From Cladosporium halotolerans (Eukaryota), in contig NW_027191456.1 in NCBI RefSeq assembly GCF_011745625.1, positions 1,116,001-1,163,075 of the forward strand: DNA of 47,075 nucleotides, read 5' to 3'. The position numbers and the translations under genes are program-made. The notes beneath the pieces are model-generated. The model ran no database searches, was not told the DNA's origin, and saw only the letters and a program-made list of their open reading frames with translations. Every line of letters starts with the position of its first letter. Within the stretch, counting starts at the first letter, position 1. Below are positions 12,142-22,649 of this stretch, in pieces.

Positions 12142-15100
12142 TCACCAAACACCCTCAGCTCTCCTCACCAAATCTCCTCCCTCCTCAGCAGAAACAATCG
12201 CCCACTCCGCAACAGTCGCACCAGTCCCATTCTTCTCGTTCTCCGTCCCCTCTGTAGCTCTATTTCCCCAAATCGTCAGCCTCGCAAACCGCCCGCTCCA
12301 AACCTGCTCCTCAAGCGTAACATTGGTCGTATTCCCCGAATACGGCACGATCTCAGCCGCACGAGCCGGGTCGTAAACGTCGCTGACCTTGACGTCGTCG
12401 TCCTTCGCGACGCTCACAGCATCAGAACCGAAAGCAGACGAATTCGAGAAAGAGACCTCATAAGCGCGCGGCGGTGCCTGTGCCCAGTCGAAGCGGAGTT
12501 CGCGGATGAGAACGAAAGGCTCAGGCAGGTGGACGGTGACGGAAGCGGAAACGTTGGATTGGGTCGGCTGCCATTTGGTGCTGATGGCGCCGTCGATGGC
12601 GCTGAGGGGAAATTGGCCCGGGGAATATTCGCGGTCGGAGTCGACGGGCTGGCACTGCGCAACGTTTCCGGGGACGGTCTTATTGAAACCCGAGCGGCGG
12701 TTGGGGAGGGTGATGGTGCTGTTGGGATGGAGAAGATGGACGGTCGCGTTGCCGGCACGGGAGGAGCCTTGCAAGCCAACAGTGACGGGGATAGGTTCCG
12801 TGGCGAACGTGGCGTTTGCGGACGAGAGCGGAGTGGAAAGGCGCTGCAGAGTGGTGTGTGTGCTGTTGGAAGTTGCGTTGACCGGCCAGCCTTGCCAGTA
12901 GATCGTCCTGTAGTTCAAATGCGGGATTTGCGGCGGAAGATCCGGTTCGATGTTGAGTGTGTCAATCATCAATCGGAGGCCGAGGTAGCCGAAGATTGGG
13001 ACGCGATTGGCGCCACCGATTCCGGTCAAGAACGGATATGCCGGGTGAGTGCCACCATTGGCGGTATAGTCGTCGAGTAGTTGCTCGCTGAATTGGAACC
13101 ATGGAGCCCTTGTGTACGGCTGTGAGCCGTAGAGATCATAAGTGTAGGAAGAGCACCCGGAAGGAGATACTTTGCTCGCAACGATGCTGAAGACTCCGTA
13201 CGTCATACCAGGGCCATTGAGCGACTGCTTGCCAGCATAGTAGTCGAGATCACTGAGTGAGTACGGATTCGGATACTCGAGGAAGTCGTCTACAAGAACG
13301 ACGTCCGCCTGTTTGACAGAAATCGAGCCGTTCATGGTTTGATACTCCAAAATGATGTTGGCCGGCTCATAGACCGGGACATTTATGAGGTCCGAGATAT
13401 TAGCCCATGTCTGGTTGGCGGCAATACCAAACCGCTCTCGAAAAATGTTTGCGCTGTCGAGATGAGTCTTCATAAGAACCATGGTGAACCCGACGTTCGT
13501 TCGAAAGTTCGCGTACTCGTCAGGGTCAGTAGCGTTGTATAGATCGTAAAGGCCAGAAGTCTCGTTGTAAGCGACAACGTCGGCATAAAACTGAGCAACA
13601 GCATCGTAGACTGGGAACAGCTCCTTACGAAAGAAGTCGACATCTCCAGACGCTACCCAGTAATTGTAGAATTCCAGACCAATGTCTCCGTTAATGTGAT
13701 ACTCGTAATCGAAACATGGCCCAGTTCCAGTGCAGTTGCCGTACCTTGCGGAAGTCCAAGGGTAGACTGCTCCGTTGGGCGAGAACTCGGTCTCATTCTG
13801 AGATGATTGGTATGCTGTCTGAACGTTTTCCTTCGCCTGAGAGAAGCGCTCAGACCTGTACCGTGCGATTTGTTTGACCGATTCCGGATGTGAGACGACC
13901 AAGCCGGGCTGCATCCATACTTCGGCATCCCAGAAGATCTGCCCAGCGTAGGAGTCGCTACCCAGACCTCCAACGGCGATGCTGTTCACGTCCAACTTCG
14001 TGTTGTTCCCGGCTGCGGCAACAGCATTAGGGCCCACGGTCTCTTTAAGCATGTGGAAGGGATTCGTGACGGCGGTGATCTGATGCTCTAGGATGTTCGC
14101 ATCGTCTGGTACGCTTCCGTTGGGCAGGCGGTAGTTGTCTACGCTGTCGACGGGCATGATGCTGTGCCACTCATCGACATGCGAAGAGAGGGACTTGGCG
14201 TATCCGGTCTGAGCGGCGGTCCAAGATGCATTCATAGCGGTTTTTCGGGGGTCTTCGAAGGCATCGTTGGATGCTCCGCCCACGTACTTCGTGATCGTGC
14301 TCGTCGTCCCAGCTCTCAGCGCCACATTCACCCCCTGCGCAATAGAGGAGCTGTTTGCGCCGACAAATGATTCGTCCGTGACATCAAAGCGGCTTCCTTC
14401 ATCACAGCTATCATCACCAACCATCGCGGAGTAGATGTACGCCGTGACATTTCCAACACCCCAGGGCCTGACAGCAGACCATATCACAGGCTGGTCATGC
14501 TCCCGGCCCTTGTCGACGAAGTCCGTCCGGAGAGCACAATCGCCGTTCAAAACATCGACGACAGTTGCATTGATATCTTTCGCAGCCGTGAGTTTCAAGC
14601 GAACAGAAGCCTGGTTTACGAAAAGTTTGTGCACGAACATCTCGTACTCGACGTCGAGAGAAGGTCCAGCCTTTGGGCTCCAAGTATAAGACCACTGCAT
14701 TTTGCCCGCTGCGATATCAAGCGTCGAAGAGAAATTCGAGATCTGATCCGCGGAGACATCAGCTCGCAGGACCTCGTCGCCGATCTTGACGTGCAAGCCA
14801 GACCAATGCGGCACGCCGCTGATAACGCTCTCGCCGCCGTACTGGTTCAGCCATTCGAAATTCGTCCCGTTGGTCGTTGGCTGGCTGTCCCAGAAACCGG
14901 CGATCGTTGCAAAGGTCTGTCTGCGGTCGAAGAGCGGCCATCCATTGATGTTGTCGCCGTCAACTGGCGTGTCAACTTCGAAGAAGGGCCCGAGAGCCGC
15001 AACGTTGATGCCTAGGTAGCCATTGGACAGCGACATGCGCGACTGGTAGTGGCCTTGATCGAGTTTTGTCGTGGTGATTCGCCAGTTATCATCGTCCCAG

Positions 15101-15195
15101 GTCGTGCCGTCGAACCGCGTCTGATACACCCGAGCCTGTGCCCCTTGCAAGCCAAGGAGTGCCGTGACGGCCAACGGGACCCGAGGGGCAAGCAT
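12142..15195 (-). CDS. ATH1: Acid (cell-wall/vacuolar) trehalase, GH65
   Basis: Signal peptide MLAPRVPLAVTALLGLQGAQA; GLGSDSYAGQIFWDAEVW, GPCFDYEYHING, TDPDEYAN, VKQADVVL, GGTHPAYPFLTG; C-terminal discoidin-like domain. Alternative in-frame ATG at 15273. Confidence 0.93.
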   Translation of the reverse strand: MLAPRVPLAVTALLGLQGAQARVYQTRFDGTTWDDDNWRITTTKLDQGHYQSRMSLSNGYLGINVAALGPFFEVDTPVDGDNINGWPLFDRRQTFATIAGFWDSQPTTNGTNFEWLNQYGGESVISGVPHWSGLHVKIGDEVLRADVSADQISNFSSTLDIAAGKMQWSYTWSPKAGPSLDVEYEMFVHKLFVNQASVRLKLTAAKDINATVVDVLNGDCALRTDFVDKGREHDQPVIWSAVRPWGVGNVTAYIYSAMVGDDSCDEGSRFDVTDESFVGANSSSIAQGVNVALRAGTTSTITKYVGGASNDAFEDPRKTAMNASWTAAQTGYAKSLSSHVDEWHSIMPVDSVDNYRLPNGSVPDDANILEHQITAVTNPFHMLKETVGPNAVAAAGNNTKLDVNSIAVGGLGSDSYAGQIFWDAEVWMQPGLVVSHPESVKQIARYRSERFSQAKENVQTAYQSSQNETEFSPNGAVYPWTSARYGNCTGTGPCFDYEYHINGDIGLEFYNYWVASGDVDFFRKELFPVYDAVAQFYADVVAYNETSGLYDLYNATDPDEYANFRTNVGFTMVLMKTHLDSANIFRERFGIAANQTWANISDLINVPVYEPANIILEYQTMNGSISVKQADVVLVDDFLEYPNPYSLSDLDYYAGKQSLNGPGMTYGVFSIVASKVSPSGCSSYTYDLYGSQPYTRAPWFQFSEQLLDDYTANGGTHPAYPFLTGIGGANRVPIFGYLGLRLMIDTLNIEPDLPPQIPHLNYRTIYWQGWPVNATSNSTHTTLQRLSTPLSSANATFATEPIPVTVGLQGSSRAGNATVHLLHPNSTITLPNRRSGFNKTVPGNVAQCQPVDSDREYSPGQFPLSAIDGAISTKWQPTQSNVSASVTVHLPEPFVLIRELRFDWAQAPPRAYEVSFSNSSAFGSDAVSVAKDDDVKVSDVYDPARAAEIVPYSGNTTNVTLEEQVWSGRFARLTIWGNRATEGTENEKNGTGATVAEWAIVSAEEGGDLVRRAEGVW

Positions 15196-16579
15196 ATTGC
15201 GTATGTCTATCCACTGCCACGGTCTCAGCACTGCAATCAGAACCACAAACAAGTGCCATCGGTAGTGCCACATCAGTGCTAATGCACGCCGCCACAATGA
15301 GTGAGGCTGCTGCTGCTGTGACTGCGGTTGTAGCTGCGGGTGCGGCTGCGGCTGATCGTGAGGCTGAAGATTACCTCTCCAGCGCAGAATGGTAGCCCTC
15401 GCAGCTGTACCGGAATGTACAACGCATTGCAGCGACACAGCAACAAAATCGAGGCTCCGGGTAATATCTTGTGCTCGGGATGAATTACTCACCTTTCACT
15501 TAGTCACCTCAAGCACTTTGCACGAGGGCGTTTGTCTTGCCTCAGGTCGCAGTCAGAGTCGCCAGTCTAAGCAAACACAGCCAAGCAAGACCTGCAGATA
15601 ATTTGCATGCAGGAGACCGAATGGACGAGACGAGAAAAACAACCAGGCCTGCCATCCTGCCGCCCTCATATGCCGTAGGACACGGATGACGGCAGGCAAG
15701 TGACTCCACCGTGAGCCGGGCACGCGTGGGTGCCATGATGTGTTTGCCGGTCTGGCGCGGTAGATCGCGTGGCATGACGTGGGTCGTGGTGCGGAGAGTT
15801 CGGAAACACAGTGGAGGGAGGCGTGGGTTGCGGGGTTTGGTGGAGGGCGAAGCCTCTTCAAGCATTCCCAAGCGAAAGAGGCGCCGAGCGAAGCAGCGAG
15901 CCTGCTGTGGTCAACGTGCACGTCCCTGACGATCCATGTGCCCTCGCTCGTTCATTCAACGACGGGCAGCGCTAATGCGGCATGCATGCTCTTGACAACG
16001 TGGCTGACCAGGGATCAAGACTCTGCTGGCACTTGCTGGTTTGCTTTTGCGGATCGAGGCACGATTCTCTGATTGTACTTCACAACGACACATTCACCAA
16101 GTTGCGCTGAATATCAGCACAAGAGTGACAATAGCTTGACAAGAACATGCACGTTGAGAACTCTCATCCTGATTGTGCCCGTTCAATTCGAAGACAATCG
16201 ACGCGTAGCTAGCAAACAAGTCTCCAAGAACATGACGCTACTCCTACCCAGTCACCTATCGCAATCCATAGCTACGTGTTGTACGCTCAGTGAGCAACAC
16301 TTGCATTGATGCTGCACATTCACGGCGCCGACTAAAGACTCAGGTGAATAATAACATAAAATTCTCTGTGAATCCCTATCAGACCTCGAAGTCTATCTGG
16401 TGTTTGATGAACCTGCACCCAATGTTGAATGATCCCCCAGCGAGCGAGCATTGAAATCTCGTCTCGCTTCATGTCCAGTCCCCATGAATTAAACGCCGCG
16501 CTTGAACGCTTCTGAATGTTGAATGCGATTTCCCGTCGCCCGTCCTTACGTATTGTTTGATGAAATTTGATCGACCGAT

Positions 16580-19500
16580 CTAGGTAGGAACCGGGGCATC
16601 CTTGCCGGTGAGATCACCGACAGTGTCCTCTGGCGGAGCGCAGCTGCGTTGAAAGTCAGTACACATTCTAGACAGTGAGTGTGGAGGTGTGAAATCATAC
16701 CTGCAGAAAAGGTTCATGTCGCCATAAGCGTCATCAAGCCTGGTGACGCTAGGCCAGAACTTCTTCTCTTTGAGCCAGGGAAGCGGGTAAGCGGCGGTCT
16801 CACGACTGTAGCTGCGGTTCCATTCGCCGACGATGAGGTCCTTCATAGAGTGCGGCGACATCTTGAGCGCATTTCCCTCGCGCGGCTGCTCGCCAGACTC
16901 GATGGCAGCGATTTCCTTGCGGATGGAGATGAGGGCGTCGCAGAAGCGGTCGAGCTCGGCCTTGGACTCGGACTCTGTGGGCTCGATCATGAGGGTGTTG
17001 GCGACGGGCCAGCTCATAGTCGGGGCGTGGAAGCCGTAGTCCTGCATGCGCTTTGCGATGTCGATGACCTCGATGCCAGCGGACTCCTTGAACTGGCGGG
17101 CGTCGAGGATGAATTCGTGCGCGCAGAGACCGTTCTCGTTCGTGTAGAGGATGTTGTAGTGGGGCTTCAGACGAGAGAGGATGTAGTTTGCGTTGAGAAG
17201 AGTGATCTTGGTCGCGTGGGTGAGGCCGCGGGCGCCCATCATCTTGATGTATGACCAGGAGATGGGCAGGATGCTGGCCGAACCCCAAGGAGCGCCAGAG
17301 ATAGGAGCAATGGCCTTCTCACCGCCAACGTTTGCGACGAGAGGATGGCCAGGCAGGAAAGGAGCAAGGTGTTCCGCGACGCCGATGGGGCCGACGCCGG
17401 GTCCACCGCCTCCGTGAGGAATACAGAAAGTCTTGTGCAGGTTCAGATGGCAAACATCAGCGCCGATCTCTCCAGGCGAGCACAGACCGATCTGTGCATT
17501 CATGTTGGCACCGTCCATGTACACCTGGCCGCCATGGTCGTGGACAACCTTGCAAGCTTCTTTGACCTGCGGCTCGAAGACACCGAAGGTGCTGGGGTAT
17601 GTGACCATGAAAGCTCCGAGCTCGTCCTTGTATTTCTCGCACTTGGCCTTGAGATCGGCCATGTCCAGGTTTCCAGTGCTGGCATCACACTTGATGGTGA
17701 CGACACGCATTCCAACCATTGCAGCACTCGCGGGGTTGGTACCGTGAGCGGAAACGGGGATCAAGCAGATATCGCGCTTCTTGCCGGGCTGCTGCTCGAG
17801 ATACTTCCTAATGACGCGGAGACCAGCAAACTCACCCTGAGCACCAGAGTTGGGCTGCAGCGAAACGGAGTGGAAGCCGGTGATCTCGGAAAGGTCGCTC
17901 TCAAGCTCGCCAATCATCTCAGCGTAGCCCTTGGACTGCTCAGGTGGGGCGAACGGGTGAATGTTGGAGAACTCGGGCCACGTGATTGGCGCCATTTCCG
18001 TGGCTGCGTTCAGCTTCATTGTGCACGACCCGAGAGGGATCATGGAGTGAACCAAAGACAGATCCTTCGACTGGAGGTGGTACATGTAGCGCATCAACTC
18101 CGTCTCAGAGTGGTAAGTGTTGAACACGGGGTGGGTCAGGTATTCAGAGGTGCGCTTCAACGACTCGGGAACAGCAGGAACATTGCTGATGTTAGCGGCA
18201 AGCTCGTCGACATCCATCGCGTCGGTCGAGAAAGCCCTCAAGATCTCCTCCACCTGTTTCTTGCCGACAGTCTCGTCGAGAGTGATACCGATGTGGTCGT
18301 TGTCGACCACTCTGAAGTTGGTGAGGAACAGCTGGGCCGCCTTGGCAGCGAAAGCCGGCGCATCCTTCTTCTTGACGACCACGGTGTCGAAAGCGACAGG
18401 CTTGCGAACTTCAAGTCCCGCCTGCTCCAAGCCGCTTGCCACCACTTGGGTCATTTTAGCAACCTTCTCCGCGATGCGCTTGAGTCCCGCGGGTCCATGG
18501 TAGACAGCGTACATGGCAGACATGTTGGCGAGCAATGCTTGCGCAGTGCAGATGTTGCTGGTTGCCTTCTCACGCCTGATGTGTTGCTCACGAGTCTGGA
18601 GGGCGAGACGTGCAGCATTGTCGCCCAAACGGTCCTTGGACAGGCCAATGATACGGCCAGGGATCTTTCTCTTGTATGCGTCGCTCACAGCAAAGAACGC
18701 TGCGTGCGGGCCACCGAATCCGTATGGAACGCCAAAGCGCTGTGCGTTGCCGAAAGCGACGTCCGCGCCGAACTCGCCGGGCGGAGTGAGGAGAGTCAGC
18801 GCCAGCAGGTCGGTGCCCACAGCGAGTGTACCCTTGAGCTTGTGCACCTTGTCCGCGAGGCCCTTGTAATCCTCGACACCGCCGTAAGTGTCGGGGTACT
18901 GCGCGAGCACACCAACCAGATCCTCACCAACTGCGTCAACACGCTCGCAGTTGTTTTTCAGAATGTCCGTGACTTCAATCTTCACGCCAAATCCTTGCGC
19001 TCTGCTCTCGAGCACCGCAATGGTCTGAGGGTGGCAAAGATGCGACACAAGGTAAGTCTTGTTCGCGCGCTTTTGACGAGCCATGGGCAGGGCATTGACC
19101 GAGAGAGTCATAGCCTCTGCCGCAGCTGTAGCCTCATCCAAGACGGAGGCGTTGGAAAACGCGAGCCCGGTCAGGTCAGAGACCATGGTCTGGAAGTTCA
19201 GCAGCGACTCCAACCTTCCCTGGCTGATCTCAGGCTGGTACGGGGTGTAGCTGGTGTACCATCCGGGGTTCTCAAGGATGTTACGCTTGATCGCCTCCGG
19301 AGTCCTGGTGCCAGCATAACCGCAGCCAATGTAGCTCTTGTAGACCTTGTTCTCGCCCGCGATCTCGCGCAACCTTGCGATCAGCTGGCTCTCAGAGTAG
19401 CCGCCCTCGCTTGTAGCCATTGAGCCGGACTCGAGCTTAGGGCCCTCAACCTTCAAGTCTTTGCTCGACAGGATATCCGCGGGCAGAACCGATCTGACGA

Positions 19501-19804
19501 AATCGTCCAGGCTCTTGGCAGGCGGGTCCAACGCCTTGAGCATGGCCTCGGCGGATGTCGCATTCGGGCCAATGTGGCGGCGGGGGAAAGTGTCGAGAGG
19601 AGTGAAGATAGAGTCATTGTCGAGCTTAGCGTCGCTGCCGCGAGTGTCGTCCGTTGTACTAGAGTAGAATGGACGGGCGGCGGTGCGAGAAAACGGCTGA
19701 GCTCTTGCGACCGGACGGGTCAGGCGAAGGCAGCGGGGCGAGAGAGGCCGACGGGTAGCAAGCCATTGCGTGCGCAGACGCATGGCGACTGATGTGGTAC
19801 TCAT
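16580..19804 (-). CDS. GCV2: Glycine dehydrogenase (glycine cleavage system P protein), mitochondrial (intron 16700-16644)
   Basis: Arg-rich presequence; YTPYQPEISQGRLE, REKATSNICTAQ, MIPLGSCTMKLN, PLP lysine motif HLNLHKTF; removing the 57-nt intron restores NLFCSCAP. Start could be 19804 or 19783. Confidence 0.96.
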   Translation of the reverse strand: MSTTSVAMRLRTQWLATRRPLSPRCLRLTRPVARAQPFSRTAARPFYSSTTDDTRGSDAKLDNDSIFTPLDTFPRRHIGPNATSAEAMLKALDPPAKSLDDFVRSVLPADILSSKDLKVEGPKLESGSMATSEGGYSESQLIARLREIAGENKVYKSYIGCGYAGTRTPEAIKRNILENPGWYTSYTPYQPEISQGRLESLLNFQTMVSDLTGLAFSNASVLDEATAAAEAMTLSVNALPMARQKRANKTYLVSHLCHPQTIAVLESRAQGFGVKIEVTDILKNNCERVDAVGEDLVGVLAQYPDTYGGVEDYKGLADKVHKLKGTLAVGTDLLALTLLTPPGEFGADVAFGNAQRFGVPYGFGGPHAAFFAVSDAYKRKIPGRIIGLSKDRLGDNAARLALQTREQHIRREKATSNICTAQALLANMSAMYAVYHGPAGLKRIAEKVAKMTQVVASGLEQAGLEVRKPVAFDTVVVKKKDAPAFAAKAAQLFLTNFRVVDNDHIGITLDETVGKKQVEEILRAFSTDAMDVDELAANISNVPAVPESLKRTSEYLTHPVFNTYHSETELMRYMYHLQSKDLSLVHSMIPLGSCTMKLNAATEMAPITWPEFSNIHPFAPPEQSKGYAEMIGELESDLSEITGFHSVSLQPNSGAQGEFAGLRVIRKYLEQQPGKKRDICLIPVSAHGTNPASAAMVGMRVVTIKCDASTGNLDMADLKAKCEKYKDELGAFMVTYPSTFGVFEPQVKEACKVVHDHGGQVYMDGANMNAQIGLCSPGEIGADVCHLNLHKTFCIPHGGGGPGVGPIGVAEHLAPFLPGHPLVANVGGEKAIAPISGAPWGSASILPISWSYIKMMGARGLTHATKITLLNANYILSRLKPHYNILYTNENGLCAHEFILDARQFKESAGIEVIDIAKRMQDYGFHAPTMSWPVANTLMIEPTESESKAELDRFCDALISIRKEIAAIESGEQPREGNALKMSPHSMKDLIVGEWNRSYSRETAAYPLPWLKEKKFWPSVTRLDDAYGDMNLFCRYDFTPPHSLSRMCTDFQRSCAPPEDTVGDLTGKDAPVPT

Positions 19805-20470
19805 GCTGGGGAGAGACGGCCCAATGCAGGCGGTGCCTGTACCTTGGACAGGTATGCAGAGAGCTCTCTTGGTGACGAGATGGCGGGTATGAGGCGGGGG
19901 CCCGCGATTGCGAATGCGCAAGAGACAGCGACGCTCGTCGCGAAGTGAGTGAGGGTGTATCGTTGTGCGACTGAGAGGATGTACGAAAGAAGAGAGTTCG
20001 GAAAAGAAAGATAGCGTTAGAGTTGACGCCCTTGACTAAAGACGATCGGCGGCGTGGCGGGCAATCCGTGATATGTTGACCTAATGCGTCTATCAGTTCC
20101 ACTAAATCTGCCATTCGCCTGCGCCCTGTCGGCGGGTCTTGTCGGCCGCCGGCTATCGCTGGCTTAAGTCTGTGCGCCGCGCCAGGGTCTGCTCTCCAGA
20201 TTTGCCCTCCGCAGAGACGAAGCTGAGGCTCGTCGGCTTCCTCAGGCCCCCAGGCATCACAGGACGCCTCGTAAGAGCTGCTGCCTCCCGCCTGCATGCT
20301 CACGCTCACCTGCATCACATGTACTCGCAGCTCATGCTCCAGGGGCGCGCTCTGACCCTGGAGGTATGTAAACAAGACAACACCATCACTAAGGTAGGAC
20401 AAATCGCCCTCGGCGCCCCATCACATCCCAAGCCACAGCATCGCCACCGACCAGACAAACACCCACAACC

Positions 20471-21241
20471 ATGACCACCCAACAGAACGCCCACCACCCA
20501 GGCGTCACTTTCGACGCCCAAGGGCGCAAAACTGTCATTCCCCTCGAAAACAACCCCGAAGTCTTCACCCACCTCATCCGCTCCCTAGGCGTCTCTCCCC
20601 AACTCGGCTTCCACGACATCTACAGCCTCGACCCAGAGCTGCTGTCCTTCATCCCGCGCCCCGTGCACTCGATCATCTTCATCGCCCCGTCAGATGTCTA
20701 CTTCAAATTGCATGGCGAGAATTCCGACGTAAACGTCAAAGACCTCACCTACGCCGGGCACGGCGAGTCGGAGCCCGTGACCTGGTTCCCGCAGACCATC
20801 GGTAATTCGTGTGGGCTGATGGCGCTTCTGCACTGTATCAGCAACGGAACCGCCAAGCAGTATATCGAGCCCGGCTCGCTGGCCGCTAAGCTGATCCAAG
20901 AAGCAATTCCTCTCAAACCCGCCGCCCGTGCAGATGTGCTGTACAACTCGTCCGAGCTGGAGCACGCGCACATGGAAGCAGCGACGAGAGGTCAGTCGTA
21001 CACCCCGGGCTCCGAGGAGCCGGTGGGCTTCCATTTCCTGGCATTCGTGAAGGGTAAGGATGGCCACCTGTATGAGATGAACGGTGGTTGGGATGGCCCG
21101 CTTGATCATGGGCCGCTGCCTGAGGACGGCGATTTGATGAGCGAGAAGGCGCTCGATATGGGCGTGGGAAGGTATTTGAAGATGGCCGACGGGAGCATCG
21201 AGTACAGTATGGTGGCGCTGGCGACCGAGGCGGAGCAGTGA
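20471..21241 (+). CDS. Ubiquitin C-terminal hydrolase, peptidase C12 (UCH-L3/Yuh1-like), divergent
   Basis: IPLENNPEVF, FHDIYSL, QTIGNSCGLMALLH, FHFLAFVK..GHLYEMNG. Confidence 0.9.
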   Translation: MTTQQNAHHPGVTFDAQGRKTVIPLENNPEVFTHLIRSLGVSPQLGFHDIYSLDPELLSFIPRPVHSIIFIAPSDVYFKLHGENSDVNVKDLTYAGHGESEPVTWFPQTIGNSCGLMALLHCISNGTAKQYIEPGSLAAKLIQEAIPLKPAARADVLYNSSELEHAHMEAATRGQSYTPGSEEPVGFHFLAFVKGKDGHLYEMNGGWDGPLDHGPLPEDGDLMSEKALDMGVGRYLKMADGSIEYSMVALATEAEQ

Positions 21242-22085
21242 GGGCTCATCTTGCTGAGGCGGAGTGCTTGTGATGAGACTGCTATGGCGGCTGAAGATCT
21301 CTAATCCTCGGGGTGAAGGAAACAAGGTGACAAAAGTAGCATCTCATCACCACGAACCCGGCTTGAGAGTAGTCTATTCACACCATCAATCATTGAAATC
21401 AATGTGACAACCCACAAGTCTGGCCTGCAGTCTATTTGAACGCCAATAGCATGGCAATCTTTCCGAGTGGTTGTTATAATTTGGATGGTTAAAGCGGATG
21501 ATAGCACGCTAATCTCTTGTATTGGATTGGGGAACGGCCCCAAAACCTGTACCAAACTTCATGATGGATTTGCTATTCCACAGTGTAGGCGGCATCTCAC
21601 AGGTCAGTGGCATACTTTCAAGCTATCGCATCTTATTGAGCGATCAGCAGTGGGCGCGCTACGCCCATTGCCTAAGAAAGTCGCGCATATCAAATTGTGG
21701 TATATGAGCTTCTCCGGGTGAGAATCACTTTGGAGTGGTCTGAGAGAGGGTAGCACGCTACTATCCTCATTCTACACAGAGATGAATCGCTGGAGAGAGA
21801 GCGCACTTCGCGGGGACGGAGGGCTTCAACAGCCGACGTCACTCTGGATTTCGTGAACTCCGCTCGGTCCGTCCGCACGCGAAATTTGGGCACCAGCCAG
21901 GACACCCCGACATCGACGTGCCATATCGATTCGATCGTTCTATAAGGACTCATGTGCATCTCGAATGTCACAGAAACTCTGGGGTATTGCTACGAATTGC
22001 TTGCATTTCATTCACAGTGGCCAAGTCAAAAATTCTAGCCTCCCAGTCACTTCACTTACCCCCCCTCGCCAGGCAAAAGGGTACC

Positions 22086-22176
22086 TTCCATTGCGGGGAG
22101 TCGAACCCCGGTCGTGTCGGCTCCAAATCGAATGAGGATTGAAAGCGACAAATCATAGCCGTTAGACCACAATGGA
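22086..22176 (-). tRNA. tRNA-Glu(TTC) with 19-nt intron
   Basis: Minus strand TCCATTG-TGGTCTAACGGCTATGATT-TGTCG CT TTC A [ATCCTCATTCGATTTGGAG] C CGACA..GGTTCGACTCC..CAATGGA A. Confidence 0.95.
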
Positions 22177-22649
22177 TTGATGCTCCAATCTGACAAACAT
22201 ACTTTATAACCCATTGCTAAATTTCGGGCTCAGAGCGCCCTTGCAAGAACACCCCCTCTATTTGGTGAGCACCAATTGACGTTTTGAGCGTTTGCGAACG
22301 CAGAGACATCTAATTTGAGAACCTCAAAGCGTTTCCCTAGATTGGCGATCCGTGGGCTTGTCACGTCAAGCATTTCTCGCCGGGCGGATGTGTATGATCG
22401 ACCTGCCATCGACGATAGTCCTTCGGCGTCAAGATTAGGAGCCTCGTCCAGTCTTGTGGTCGACGCTATCCACGCTAAAGATCATTTGATTCAAGGCTTG
22501 TACGTGTAGGTATCCCTACGGCTCAGACAGTCTATTCTTAAGCCCGGTCGGAGGAATCATTGTTGCCACCTCCGGTCTCAGCACGCAAAAGATACAAGCT
22601 CTTCTCCGTATTCAGAACAACTGTTGTTTGAAAGCTACTCTGATACTGT

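Noticed and set aside
10278..15195. Sugar-utilisation cluster (GH27 plus GH65)
   Set aside because: Only two convergent glycosidases; no transporter or regulator.
17345..19423. 692-aa antisense ORF
   Set aside because: Shadow of GCV2 codon bias.
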